NCBI GenBank assembly: GCA_951406725.2
Contig: OX597835.1
Coordinates: 33,046,001-33,110,000, forward strand
DNA: 64,000 bases
Source: Octopus vulgaris
Taxonomy: Eukaryota
Direction: 5' to 3'
Shown here: piece after piece, positions 12,330-26,684 of the stretch
Numbering within the stretch: position 1 is the stretch's first letter
Layout: every line of letters begins with the position of its first letter
The notes under the pieces: model-generated
What the model was told of the DNA's origin: nothing
The model's input: the letters and a program-made list of their open reading frames with translations, nothing else
The model's database searches: none
Translations under genes and position numbers: made by a program

Positions 12330-13806
12330 TTATTTACTCACGGTTGCGAGAGGGAGCCTGACAGATTCCTTCTGCCTGTCTCCCCCACTCGCCGTTGCTG
12401 CTGGGTGTTTCACCGGCGTTGCCACCGGGCTCTGGGTTGGTGTGGCTGCCGGGCTGACGTATAATTTCCCAGTTGTCACCTCCTGGGTGACATCCTTAAT
12501 GAAGCCGCCTTTTGCGAGGTCTTGTAAGTTTTTTTCCTTTCCATCCTTCTTCGCCGCCCCTGTCAAATCGCCACTCCGCTTCCTTCTCGGTCGCTTTGTA
12601 GCATCTGATCTGCGTACTTGCTTGCACAAATTTTACTGCTCTCTCGTTCCTTGTGGTGTATGCTATAATTTTATTCATTGGGTTTAAACCCTTTTACAGT
12701 TGGGGGGTGGGGTTTGTTAAAGTGCTGGCCTATAAATGTAGTACCGCCGGGGTGGGATTGGAGAATATTTTTAATTTGTTCGTCTGCGTTGTTTTTTTTT
12801 GTTACGGGTGGGGAGTCAGGGGTGATGGATTTTTTCCTTTTGTTCGACACGTTCGTGAATTCCATCTCTTCTTGTATATTTGTTTTTGTTGTATTAATTT
12901 CCTCCGCCTTTCCTTTCTCATTTTGCATTTCGTTCTTGTCTTCCTCCTTTTTGGAGTTCGACCTGTTTATTTTTTCCTCCTTGCTTTCGCCAGTCGTTAC
13001 TTTGTTCTCCACTTTGCTGCTTTCTGCGTTCTTCACAGCGTTTTGTGGGGGGGGGGGGGGCCCGTATTATTTTTCTTTTTGCAAACGGAGCGCACGTGGC
13101 CCTTTTGCCCGCACTTAAAACATCTGGGCCTGCGTCCTTCCACCGAAACTCGTATGGAGTGTCCCTCCCCCACGAAGACTCTGTCTGGTAGGCTTTCCAG
13201 CGTCGCATTTTCCGCCTGGATAATCATCTCCACCTGCTGGCCTCTCCAGTGTTTTGCAATTTTCTTCTTCATACTCAAAATTGTCAATTTTGATTCAACA
13301 TCAAAAATGACCGCTGTTGCCGCCCACATCACGTCGTAGCCCCTTGGTATATCTTCTAGGGTCACTTTTGCTGTTCTGCACCCTAAATATAAGGGTAGCA
13401 GTATTATATTCTCGTTTTTCAACGTTTGCGTCGAAATTTGCCTTGCTTCTTCCGCCGTTTCAAAATGCGCCTCCATTGTAGCGCTTCTTGCACCTCGGTT
13501 GACATGACGAACTTTACTCCATATTGGTGCCATACACTTTTCGACCATTTCGTTTTTTACGTCGGTCATTCGTTTTTCTTTTATATTGTATACCTTATAG
13601 GTGACCATTTTTTCCCTTATTGCCTGTATAGTCTCAGGGGGCGGTACCAATCGTGTTTCTTCACCACTTTTTTGCACTAGCGGTCTGAACTTGAATAGTC
13701 TCTCCATTGACACCTCCATTTCTTCCACTTCGCCACCTACGACGTCTGAAAAACTGGGTTTTGCTTGTGTTTCCTTTTGTTTAACAGTTGTTATACCTTC
13801 ACCCAT
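12330..13806 (-). pseudogene. ORF1 gag-like protein with CCHC zinc knuckle, frameshifted
   Basis: RCFKCGQKGHVRSVC followed by a K/E-rich region; frameshift at the G-run ~13047-13060 and near 12650; ends 15 bp before ORF2. Confidence 0.85.
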
Positions 13807-13903
13807 CTCGGGAAAGTCTTTTTTGAACTTAAGTCTAATTCCATATTAGACAACATTTTCAAAAATAACCTATACAGGTTAAGAGTTCACGTGAAATGAG
13901 TAC

Positions 13904-14543
13904 AGATATTACATATTCTGTTCTAGGAAAATATGATGAGATATAATCTACTTTACAGTTACCGCAGTTCAAACAGTTTCCCATTTACATGTTGCCAGTT
14001 ATACTTCACGAGGAAGAAGAAAAACGAACTCCATACCTCTATATCATTTGAAGGCATTATTTTGGGGTTTTAAAGCTAAGGAAAATAACTCGAGTCGTTG
14101 TGATAGCGTTGGCGTATCACTACTACCATGGCAACCAGTGGTATTTCTTCTTTAAGTATGAGTTTGAAAGATGAGTCAATTATTAGGAATTACAACTAGA
14201 TGAAATCTCGAGGCGGTTTAAATACAAGTTAGAGATCCTAAAAGGTGTCAGCAAAATGGCACCCACTTGATACGATCCACCCCTCTTGGGTTTCGAAAGT
14301 TAACGACCGAAACACATGCTTGAAGTGAGGTTCTTCTCGGAAGATCTGCTCTTCATCTCTCTTGAGAATTTCATGCCACTATAACCCAATTTAAGAAAAA
14401 TACGCGTTAGAGATTTTAACACACACAGTCAGAAGATATCATTCATAGAAGCTACAACTCAGAGTTAGTACTTAAATCACATATAGTAATTGCCATTCAC
14501 TGTTACAGCCAAACATGGCCCTCTCCGTGGACGGTCTACCAAC
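13904..14543. repeat. Arm A of a ~640-bp inverted repeat, bracketed by a 17-bp inverted repeat (13887-13903 / 14546-14562)
   Basis: Reverse complement aligns end to end with 19587-20244; flanks tcacgtgaaatgagtac / gtactcatttcacgtga. Confidence 0.93.
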
Positions 14544-14654
14544 TGGTACTCATTTCACGTGAGAATTTTGGAACTAGGTCACTGATACGCCGTTGAAATC
14601 GCGTAACATTTAAAGACTGGAACTCAAACCAGTAAAGAACAGTACTCGATGATG

Positions 14655-15072
14655 AAGGCGACGAGCTGGCAGAAACATTAGCACACCGGGCGATATGCTT
14701 AGCGGTATTTCGTTTGCCGTTACGTTCTGAATTCAAATCTTGCCGGGGTCGACTTTGCCTTTCATCCTTTCGGGGTTGATTAGATAAGTACCAGTTACGT
14801 ACTGGGGTCGATGTAATCGACTTAATCTGTTTGTCTGTCCTTGTTTGTCCCCTCTATGTTTAGCCCCTTGTGGGTAGTAAAGAAATAGGTATTTCGTCTG
14901 CCGCTACGTTCTCAGTTCAAATCCCGCTGAGGTCGAATTTGCCTTTCATCCTTTCAGGGTCGATTAAATAAGTACCAGTTACACACTGGGGTCGATATAA
15001 TCGATCTTAATTCGTTTGTCCGTCCTTGTTTTTCCCCTCTATGTTTAGCCCCTTGTGGGTAATGAAGAAATA
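14655..15072 (+). mobile_element. SINE family B dimer
   Basis: Full unit plus a second unit starting at ggtatttcgtctgccg; TSD agtactcgatgatg / agaacttgatgatg. Confidence 0.88.
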
Positions 15073-15469
15073 AGAACTTGATGATGATGTGTGGTGAAAC
15101 ACTTCGCGTTTGGAGTGACGAGTATGATAATAAGACTCCTCTGTAGAGATAGCGAAAATTAATTCAATAATACCGAGCGTTAGGATGAAAAGCTTACAAG
15201 AAAAAAGAATTCGGCATATCAAGTCACGAGTGACGAATTATCTGAAACAGAGAAACAGCTGCAGCAAAGTCTAGTTAAATAATTGAAGATATACGCATGC
15301 GTAAGAATTATATCAGCGTAGTCAGGAATAAACCAATAATTGACGTTGTTTGGTAAGAAGTGGGTAGTTATTTAATATATGATGAGAAGACATTTCTTAT
15401 TTCGATCTATAAAGCCACAAGTGCATTTCTGTTCCGTTTATTGATAAAATAATCAGCATAGAACTCTCT

Positions 15470-16021
15470 CATGTATGTATGTATGTATGTATGTATGTAT
15501 GTATGTATGTATGTATGTATGTATGTATGTATGTATGTATGCATGTATGTATATCTGTAGGTATGTATGTATGTATGTATGTATGTATGTATGTATGTAT
15601 GCATGTATGTATGCATGTATGTAAGATGTGTATGTGTATGTATATGTATGTATATCTGTATGTATGTATGTATGTATGTATGTATGCATGTATGTATGCA
15701 TGCATGTATGTATGCATGTATGTATGTATTCGTGTATGTATGTATGCATGCATGTATGTATGTATGTATGTAAGCAAGTATGTATGTATGTATGTATGCA
15801 TGTATGCATGTATGTATGCATGTATGCATGTATGTATGCATGTATGTATGTATGTATGTATGTATGTATGTATGTATATATATATGCATGTATGTATGTA
15901 TGCATGTATGTATGTATGTGTATGTATGTGTATGTATGTATACACATATGATGTATGATATACATGCTCACACACACATATGTATGTTTACATATATTCA
16001 TATATATGTGTAATAAGTATG

Positions 16022-16066
<45 letters not shown>

Positions 16067-16145
16067 ATATACATATATATACATGCTCACACACACATAT
16101 GTATATTTACATATATTCATATATATGTGTAATAAGTATGTATAT

Positions 16146-16180
<35 letters not shown>
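15470..16180. repeat. Long (TATG)n microsatellite followed by a ~120-bp tandem duplication with (TG)n
   Basis: Direct reading; 15958-16075 is repeated at 16076-16180. Confidence 0.9.
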
Positions 16181-16181
<1 letters not shown>

Positions 16182-16582
16182 ACGAAGTTGCATGTATGCA
16201 TCTGTTAGCGCGTTTCTGTATGTTGTGTCATTTGTGTGAACACCCATGCGTTTCTGTGTCCGCCTGTGTGCTTTTGTAGATTATTTGGGAGGGAAAAGTA
16301 AAACTTGTCATCAAGACGTTCAGATTTCCAAAGTAATTAATGGTTACTCTATAAATTGATAAGCAGAAGAGATGTGTTTACCATTCCTGCGAAAATAGTA
16401 TAGCCTCAAATACATATATGTATGTATTACTTACCTAAGTCGCTGATACTTGTACCATAAAACTTCCTTTCACTTAAATAATTCAATTAATGTGGCGTTT
16501 TCTACGAGCTATCCAACTGGCGTACACACATACTCACACAAAAAATACACACGCATACATATATGCATATATAAAATATAAG

Positions 16583-16626
<44 letters not shown>

Positions 16627-16800
16627 GTATGCATATGTATATATGAATACATGTGCATATATTTATATATGCTTACATAGGTATATGTGTATGCATATGG
16701 CTATATATATATATACATATATATATATGCGTGTGTGTGCAGGCATGTATGCATGTATATATATATATATATACAGACATACCTATATATATATGTATTT

Positions 16801-16854
<54 letters not shown>

Positions 16855-17398
16855 ATATATATATGTATATATATGTGTGTGTATATATATATGTATGTAT
16901 ATATGTATACATATGTTTATATATATGTATACATATATATGTATATATATATACACACATACATGTATATGCACACAGACAGACATGTATGTGTATGTGC
17001 GCGCGCGCGTGTGTGTGTGGGTGTATTCGTATGTGTGCGGGTGTGTGTTCCTCTTTCTGTGTGATCATATTACCGATAAGCGAACGCTCAATTCTGGCGC
17101 ATTTAATCGATGGAAAATATCCGTGTGTAAATCTCCACACCCGAATTAACTATTCATATAACTTTTCATAATCACATTGATATACGTCTATGCACGCGCA
17201 TCTGTTTAAACATTTATTTCTCTTCCTTGTGTGAGGAACAAGTTTTCCTATTAGTGAAGTTACATTTTTAAGGAAAGTGTTCCATTTTTTTTTAATGTTA
17301 GTTATGTTCTCGTGAATCTCAGGTGACCAATTTCTGTGATGCAGTTGTTGGAATGAAATGCCGTTCACCCTTCATGTTAAAGGGTTAATACTATTGAA

Positions 17399-18090
<692 letters not shown>

Positions 18091-18602
18091 GGTAATATGA
18101 GAGATTTTCAAAAGCTCGAAACTCTCTACGTCACAAAAACCTCCGGCCCTTTACACCTACCCCTATATTTTATACAGTATGGTTCTGATTCTGAAATTAA
18201 GTTCAGAAATTAATGATAGGTGAGCATAGCAAAATAAAGAGTGTAATGAGGTGGGAAGACTACCTCCGAATCGAATTAACCGTTCCTATTTTCTTTCGCA
18301 CTGAATCGAATTATCTTCTTTTTAAGCCGTTAATACCCTCAGGGAAGAAAGGCAGAATTAATTCAATCCTTCTTTTTCCTCCCATTTCAGGTCAATGCGA
18401 TTCGTATTTCTTAATAGTAAGAGATGATTACATATAAAATACATTTGATTATATCTTTCCGATTTTTATCCAAAGGTCAGCTGCCAATAATTTGTTTTAA
18501 TGTTGAGACAGGATTGGTGAATAAACAATAATTTCAAGCAGTATTGTCGTTATTAGTTTTGTCTCCGACTGTTTGCCCTCTTCTCGGTAGGTTACACAAC
18601 AT

Positions 18603-19018
18603 AAGACGGCGAGCTGGCAGAATCGTTAGCACGCCGGGTGAAATGCTTATCGGTATTTCGTCTGCCGCTACGTCTGTGTTCAAATTCCGCCGAGGTCGAC
18701 TTTGCCCTTCATCCTTTCGGGGTCGATAAATTAAGTACCAATTACGCACTGGGGTCGATGTAATCGACTTAATACCTATGTCTGTCCTTGTTTGTCCCCT
18801 CTTTGTTTGGCCCCTTGTGGGTAATAGAGAAATAGGTATTTCGTCGGCCGCTACGTTCTGAATTCAAATTCCGCCGAGGTCGACTTTGCCTTTCATCCTA
18901 TCGGGGTCGATTAAATAAGTACCAGTTACGCGCTGGGTTCGATATAATCGACTTAATCTGTTTGTCTGTCCTTGTTTGTCTTCTCTGTGTTTAGTCCCTT
19001 GTGGGCAGTAAAGAAATA
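18603..19018 (+). mobile_element. SINE family B dimer
   Basis: Same dimer junction as 14655; TSD ggtaggttacacaacata / ggtaggttccacagcata. Confidence 0.88.
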
Positions 19019-19169
19019 GGTAGGTTCCACAGCATACACACGCACGCACGCACGTATACGCACATATGCAAAGAAACACATACACACACGCACAATCAGA
19101 GAGAGAGAGAGAGGCAGAGGGTGAGAAAGAAGTGAGAGTAAGAGGAAGACAGAAAGATTGGCTGGTTTA

Positions 19170-19493
19170 AGGGGCGTAACTGGCACTCTGTCGGTTACGA
19201 CGACGAGCGTTTTAGTTGATCTGATCAACGGAACAGCCTGATCGCGAAATTAACATGCAGGATACGTGTACCCTTAAGATAGTTCTCAAGGAGACTCAGA
19301 ATGAAGTGACTCAGAATGTGACAAATCCAACCCTATAAATAACGGGTAGAACTCAATTTTGCCAGCTGGAGTGGACTTCAGTAACGTGAAATTAAGTATA
19401 TAGCTCAAGGACACAACAGGTCGACGGGTTTCGAACTCACGACCTTAAGATGGCGAGCTGAGTACTTGAACCACTAAGCCACGCGCCTTCACA
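19170..19493 (-). mobile_element. SINE family D
   Basis: Colinear with 39315-39635. Confidence 0.8.
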
Positions 19494-19586
19494 AAGGGAC
19501 GTAGCATTTTAAGGAATAATGCTACAAATTATAAATGACTTTAGTATTGACTTTTAAAGAAAAAAAATTGTCACAACGTAACACTT

Positions 19587-20244
19587 GTTGGTAGACCGTC
19601 CACGGAGAGGGCCATGTTTGGCTGTAACAGTGAATGGCAATTACTATATGTGATTTAAGTACTAACTCTGAGTTGTAGCTTCTATGAATGATATCTTCTG
19701 ACTGTGTGTGTTAAAATCTCTAACGCGTATTTTTCTTAAATTGGGTTATAGTGGCATGAAATTCTCAAGAGAGATGAAGAGCAGATCTTCCGAGAAGAAC
19801 CTCACTCAAGCATGTGTTTCGGTCGTTAACTTTCGAAACTCTAAGAGGGTGGATCGTATCAAGTGGGTGCCATTTTGCTGACACCTTTTAGGATCTCTAA
19901 CATGGAAGACTTGTGCATTTAAACCGCCTCGAGATTTCATCTAGTTGTAATTCCTAATAATTGACTCATCTTTCAAACTCATACTTAAAGAAGAAATACC
20001 ACTGGTTGCCATGGTAGTAGTGATACGCCAACGCTATCACAACGACTCGAGTTATTTTCCTTAGCTTTAAAACCCCAAAATAATGCCTTCAAATGATATA
20101 GAGGTATGGAGTTCGTTTTTCTTCTTCCTCGACCAAATGTGAAGTATAACTGGCAACATGTAAATGGGAAACTGCAACTGCAGTAACTGTAAATGGTAGA
20201 TTATATCTCATCATATGAATCTTAGAACAGAATATGTAATATCT
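19587..20244. repeat. Arm B of the ~640-bp inverted repeat
   Basis: gttggtagaccgtccacgg...aatatgtaatatct equals the reverse complement of 13904-14543 with a few indels. Confidence 0.93.
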
Positions 20245-20614
20245 AAATATACACATTTAAATGAAATATCAAATACATCTACAGATCATAACACCTCGTT
20301 CACTTGGATAACAGAAAGTATTTTCTCTATGCAATATAGCATACTCGCTCCTGTTTACCTGCATATCATAGCAAAAAAGACCACATTTGCAAGATATTAT
20401 ATAGCATGATACAATTTTCTCCTAGATATTAATAACAGAATGTATCATAAACCAATAAATACGATAACATGATCACTCATGTTTACCTGGATAATATTTC
20501 GAAAAGATTCATATTTGCTAAATATTGGCATAAAACAATGTGTTAATGGCTATCAATAACAGAGCGTATCATATTCCATTCAATATGATAATATACCCAA
20601 TATAATATACACAC

Positions 20615-20860
20615 AGCAATTTTAGATTGGCCCGGCTCACCGATAATCGGTGGACCCGAGCAATTGTCGAGTCGTACCCGCGCGAGCGGAAACGACCACC
20701 CGGAAGGCCTCCACGACGGTGGAGTTACGATTTCAGGAGGATGATTGGGATCACGTGGATGAGAAAGGCGCGATCCAGAGAGGAGTGGACAGCGTGCTGT
20801 GACCAGCGGTGTCAAATGGATGCCTGACGGATTGATATGTCAAGGTGAAGATGATAATAA
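20615..20860 (+). mobile_element. RTE-like LINE 3' fragment
   Basis: ARLTDNRWTRAIVESYPRERKRPPGRPPRRW, typical RTE ORF C-terminus, with short-repeat tail. Confidence 0.8.
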
Positions 20861-20869
20861 TATAAATTG

Positions 20870-21295
20870 AAGGCAGCAAGCTGGCAGGATCGTTAACGCG
20901 TTGGACAAAATAACGGTATTTCGTCCGTCTTTAGGTTCTGCGTTCAAATTCTGCCGAGATCGGCTTTGCTTTTTTTTTTCTTTCAAAATCGTTAAAATAC
21001 GTGCCAGTCGAGCACCGGGGTCAACGTAAGCGATTTATTTCCTCTCCTGGAATTACTGGTCATGTGCCAAAATTTGGAATCAGTATGATAACATAAGCTG
21101 AAAAGTTAACGCCCTAGGCAAAATGCTTAGTAGGATTTTGTCTGTCTTTATGTTCCGAGTTCAAATTCCGGCGAAGATGGCTTTACCTTTCAGACTTTGG
21201 GGATCGATAATATAAGAATATAAATACCTGTGGAACACAGGATTCGACTTAATCGTGTAGCCCTGCCCCCGATATTACTGGCCTTTGAATCCAAC
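20870..21295 (+). mobile_element. Two degenerate family B-like SINEs with an alternative tail
   Basis: gttcaaatt B boxes, core remnants, tail ctgg..tgtgccaaaatttg. Confidence 0.65.
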
Positions 21296-21519
21296 ATGAT
21301 AACATAATTTATTGTCATCTAATTGCTTTGTGCACCCTGGAGAAAATGCCAAAAACTGAAAACTATATCGTGTAGCATTTCGAAAATCAGATTTTCTTGT
21401 TACCAAACCTTCCTGTGAAGAATATATCGTAAGAGTATGGTCTGCCATGTGATTGTATGATCTGATAGAAATAAGATTGTTACCCACTCCGAAGAATAAA
21501 ATCGCATAAAATCTAGCAC

Positions 21520-22702
21520 ATCAAATTCCTTCCATCTGTTTACAAGCTTTTTAATACCATCAATGTAAAATTCTTTTGGTTTCAAAGCGAAGAACTCTGA
21601 AATGTCAGATTCGACTTTCTCTTGGGTTGCGAAAGTTATGTCCCACAAATGATTCGGTAAACTACGAAACAAATGGTAGTCTGAAGGAGTAAAGTCGGAA
21701 GAATAAGTTGCATGAGGATTTTTTTCCCAACCAAACCCTTCGATATTCTTTGATGTGATCTTTGCAGTGTGCGGTCGTGCATTGTCCTGATGAAACATCG
21801 CTCTTTTTCGATTCACTAAAGCGGGTCATTTTTTCTTCAAAGCTTGGTTAAAACGCTATAAATGCTGACAGTTCTTGAGCATTGATTGTTACATTAGGTA
21901 GTAACAATTCAAAGTGAATTACTCCTTTGCAATCCCACCAGATAGGGAGAAGAATCTTTTTCCCATGAACTTCCCTTCTCGTTTATGGTTCAGCTTTTTC
22001 CCTTTTACCAAGCCACTGTTTGTGACGTTTAACATTTCGATAGAAGATCCATTTTTCGTTACCAGTCACAAGCCTATCCCAAAAGGGTGAAATGAGTTCG
22101 CGAGAATGGAGAAAAGTGCAGATGTTAACTCGTGATTTGCGGTTGCTTTCGGACAATTCATGAGACACCTATTTTCCAATTTTAGGAATATTTCCAAGTT
22201 ATTGAAGAGGACGATGAACAGTTGTATGGTTTGAACTAAGCTGTATTGCCAATTCTTGAGCTGATAATGCAGGATTTCCTTCTAGTAATGCCTCAAAGAG
22301 CTCATCACCAAACTCAACTGGACGTCTTGTTTGATCTTCATCTTCAAAGCTGAAATCTCCACTTCTGAATTTTACAAACCATCTTCTGTAAGTTCTTTCA
22401 TTCAAACAGTCTTTCCCATAAACTGAGTGTATGTTTCGAGTCGCTTCAGCTGCAGAGTTTCCTTTCTTGTACTCATAAAGCATTATGTGCCTCAAATGCT
22501 CTTTGGATACGTCCATGTCAGAAAGGATTTTAATCAAAGTAATTTTAATTCTATTATTTTGTAAAATAATAATTAATTACTTTAAATGTACATAAATACA
22601 CAAAAACAATTTTCAATTCCATTAGACATTCTAAAATGCTATTAAATTTCATTCAATTTAAAAAATGGGAAAATCGGACAGAACTTATGGTTATGATCTG
22701 AT
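21520..22702 (-). mobile_element. Decayed mariner (Mos1/SETMAR-like) transposon
   Basis: HLRHIMLYEYKKGNSAAEA HTH, SHELS, LVTGNEKWIFY, FHQDNARPH, YSSDFTPSDYHLF in three broken ORFs; one TIR-like end at ~22670-22702, other end not found. Confidence 0.92.
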
Positions 22703-22784
22703 ATTTAAAATAGGTTTTAAATAAGGACAGAAGAGGAGGGTCTTTCGATTGAGCTCAACAGACGACATATGAATAAGTATATGT

Positions 22785-23007
22785 TTTTTATTACCCACAA
22801 TGGGCTAAACATAGAGGGGACAAACAGGGACAGACATTAAGTCCATTACATCAACCCCAGTGCTTAACTGGTACATAATTTATCGACCCCGAAAGGATGA
22901 AAGGCAAAGTCGATCTCGGTGGAATTTGAACTCAGAACGTAGCGGCAGACGAAATACGGCTACGCATTTCGCCCGGCATGCTAACGGTTCTGCCAGCTCA
23001 CCGCCTT
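22785..23007 (-). mobile_element. SINE family B
   Basis: Full head to tail; TSD acatatgaataagtatat / acatataaataagcatat. Confidence 0.88.
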
Positions 23008-23815
23008 ACATATAAATAAGCATATTCTCTACTAACAGATGCCACGTTACATACTCTAGGACATATTCTCTTCATTTGTGACGAATAAGCAACGTGAATC
23101 ACATGAATTAGTTTATTTGTTGCTGTACGATGGCGGTGGAAGAGGTGGAGCTGGGAAGTACAAGAAATAATAAAACTACAAATGGATCATTTGAAATTTA
23201 CTAACAGAACTAGAATATTTTTTATTTGTAATTCTGAAACCAATGATTCGAAAGATAAAACAAAATACTGCTTCATATTATATTTGCCGTGATAAACATA
23301 GACGTTATTAAAAACACCATTTTTGTTTTCGGTATTTTTCTATTTTCCCTTTGGTAATTATTATGTAATATTGAATAAATATATTAATTGAAGAAATTAC
23401 ATCAAACACCAGAAACTTTTAATGTTAGAACGCCAATATTAGTTGTATGTAAGAGAAATATTAAAACATTGGAAATGAGAAAATAATTGTAACTGGACTT
23501 TGATATTTAATGTAGCATGGCTGTGTGGTTGGAAGTTTGTTTGGCTAAGCCGTGGTTTCGAGTTCGATCTCACTGTGAGTTGCTTTGTGTATTTTCATTT
23601 AAGGTTATCTCACGTTTATCAATGTCTCTTTAGAGAAATTTGGTAGATAGAAACTTCGTGGAAGCTCTGCGGGAGAATTCGTTCATGTTGATAACTGGCG
23701 TGTATCTGTGAAGACTCTTGTTCTCGTCTTTAGTGTGTTGTACTCACAAGAATACGGTTTCGATTCCCGGAGCGAGTGGTGCGTTGAATATTTTTAGTAA
23801 ACTATTTCATTTCAC

Positions 23816-24112
23816 GTAGAGGCACATGGCCTAGTGCTTAGAGCAGCGAACTCGCGGTCGAGGGATTGCAGGTTCGAATCTCAGACCGGACGATGTGTGT
23901 GTTTATGAGCGAAACACCTAAGCTCCATGGGGCTACGGCAGAAGGTAATGGAGAACTTCTGCTGACTTTTTCGCCACAACTGTCTCTCACTCTTGTAGTT
24001 CACCTGCGACGGACCGGCGTCCCGTCTAGGTGGGGAACCTATACGCCAAGGAAACCGGGAAACCGACCCTATGAGCCAGGCGTGGCTCGAGAAGGAACAA
24101 ACAAAACAAAAT
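23816..24112 (+). mobile_element. SINE family A inserted after a family D head (~23708-23815)
   Basis: Colinear with 6339-6645. Confidence 0.85.
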
Positions 24113-24849
24113 ACATTTCATAAAGGAGTAACCTTCCAATAGAATGGAGCCCCTTTCGGCGGATGTGTTGTGATCACGGTCACTTATACATCACAGATGG
24201 CGGGTAACCGGCCCTATGAGACTGAAGACACGAGAGATTATTGCCCAGGGGTATTATTTAATCCGGTAGAGTCCATATTCTAAGTTGGTTTATCAGCAGT
24301 TCTCTAAACTAATGATAAATTTCTATCTTTCTGCTATTAGTCATGAAGTCTCCGAAATAGCAGAACCGTTGTTTAAGACATTGAAATTAAATGGGATGAT
24401 CTCACATAAGTACCCCGCTCCCTATAAAGAAACTGAGCCTAGTCATTAATAACAAAAGTAACAACATGAATAAGTCTGGTGGCTATAGCAACACCAGTCT
24501 GCACCTGTCAGCTTCCTCTTTTCTGCTTCTTCCCAACACATCTGAACATCGACTTTTCAATCCCTCGCTTTTTCCAATGGCCTTACGAAGAGATTATATC
24601 CCTGAAATATAGAAACACAAGTTAAATTTGCTACTTCGTTTTTGTCTTCTTTTCCTTTTTTAGCTTACTCACAACCGTCTCGCATTCTACCGGCCTAACA
24701 CAGCAAACCTCTTTTTAAGTAATAATACCACACCGATTCACGAAAACTGCTCCGTTTTAATTCCTAATTACAAATATGGATACTTCATTATTTATAGCTG
24801 GGATTCTTTCTAAATATTTACTCCGTGTATGATAGATAACCTTGTTATT

Positions 24850-25395
24850 TTATACGAGCAAAACGCCCTCCACCCCCGTCCAATGGACGGTGCTGAATCA
24901 TATCTGCTGAATAAAAAGCAATCAGTGTTTTCTTTTCATTAAAAAATAATTAAGTATGCCTTTATTTCAATAAAATTTTTCGTTAAAAAAAACAAACAAA
25001 CTTCTTGAGAAACCAAATAGTCTTTCCTTCCTTCATGCCAAGTTTGAAGAAAATATCTCTTTTGAATCTTATTATTTTCTTTTTTGGTCTCATAAAAATA
25101 CTGCATTTTGTGGCATTATTTCAAGCCAGCCGGCTTTTTTTCTGTGCAAACTGCGCGTGCACTTTTCTCGCGTAAGCGTAGTATCGATCGCAACAGCTGA
25201 TGTACTTACGCGTTCTCATGGCTTTATCGATCGCATTCTCACCTGGAATCGATTTTTGTAATTTTGTCAAGACTTATACACGCCCTGATACCGTCGGTAT
25301 ATACATATCAAACTTGAGCGCAATCGGATGGAGGATGCCCGAGATCCTAGAAGACACGCATACAGACAGACAGGACGGATTTTATATAATAGATA
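24850..25395 (+). mobile_element. Possible non-autonomous Helitron/Helentron-like element
   Basis: Ends in caaacttg..caatcgg...acagacagac...attttatataatagat, an arrangement resembling Helitron-derived interspersed elements; no ORF. Confidence 0.4.
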
Positions 25396-26021
25396 GACCA
25401 TATACACTGGAAGAAAGAACCAGTACCAACACAGGGCGACAGGTTTATACGAGATTTAGTAACATGATTTCATGCTGTAGACACAAATATATGCTACCGT
25501 TTGTAAGTTCTCCAGTTCGGATCCAGGACGAGTACCTAATATAATAAAAACAATTATAATGATTATAATAACAATAGTTAGTATTACATTCACTAGAATA
25601 ATAAGCTACTGGCTTAAAATGGTGAATATTTAAAAGTGCCATTAATATTTCAATTAGGAAATGCTACTGCTCTGATAAAGTGAGACTAAAGTATGGCAAT
25701 ATCTATTGGGAGTAGAAAGCATCGGCAATCATGTATCAATGGTTAATTAATATTCATGAAGCGATCTAAGTCGGTAGTTAAAGTCATTACAATTGAAATG
25801 AAAGCAATTAGTTTATAAAGTTGTCTTGCTATCAACAGAGCTCTCCATTCAATCAGCAAAGTCGTGCTGCTTTGGTTATAGAAATTTGTATCGTGTGACG
25901 GCGATGATTCTGATGCCAGATCGTTAGTTCATTGTGAAGAGAACTATACACACCATTGCACACAAACCCACACAGATATGATTATAGAAACATGGATGCA
26001 TATGTATGTATATAGACAGAC

Positions 26022-26081
<60 letters not shown>

Positions 26082-26104
26082 CGTTTTATATGTCTATATG
26101 CTTT

Positions 26105-26470
26105 TCATTTTACTTCCTTCGGTCATCAGGCGGCGGCCAGGCAGGTGTACTGTCTTGAAGTGTTTATTCGAACAAATTGACACCTAACTATTCACTTTTT
26201 TTACACAAGATCTTATACGATCGGTCTTGTTCCCACAGGAATCGATAAATTACATGGTCTAAACAAACGAACACCGGTTGTCAAGGTTGTCAAGTGGGAC
26301 AAATACGAACACAAGTACGGGCTTCTATCGGTTTCAATCTATCGATTCCTCAAAATGGTTTTGGTCTTACCGGGAGTAAGATGAGAAAATTTGCTCAATT
26401 TACCTGGAAGTGTCACAGAAGCCTGAACCATTATGATTATGAGGCAAGCTGTTATCACACGGTCATGCCT
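26105..26470 (-). mobile_element. Degenerate SINE family C
   Basis: ttttact..ggttgtcaag..tttc..tct motifs. Confidence 0.6.
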
Positions 26471-26684
26471 GCACAAACTCTTACCACATTGTTTATATTC
26501 CAGTAAAGCGAACACGGGGTTGCCCTTCAGAAAAATTTCGCTATCGATAAATTAAGTAACATTGAAACGCTGGGGTCGATGTCATTGACTTGTCCCCTCC
26601 CACAAAAAATTTCAGGCCTTGTTCCTTTAGTAGAAAGGATATGTGCATATACAGACATGATAAAAGGTACTTGCCCAAGGTACC

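Larger units (their letters stand above)
8795..13890 (-). mobile_element. Near full-length Tx1/L1-clade non-LTR retrotransposon
   Basis: ORF1 (zinc knuckle), then ORF2 (APE-RT-Cys), short 3' UTR with aataaa and an A-rich tail at ~8795-8835. Confidence 0.93.

Noticed and set aside
12653-13339. 228-aa hydrophobic plus-strand ORF
   Set aside because: Antisense shadow of the A-rich LINE ORF1.
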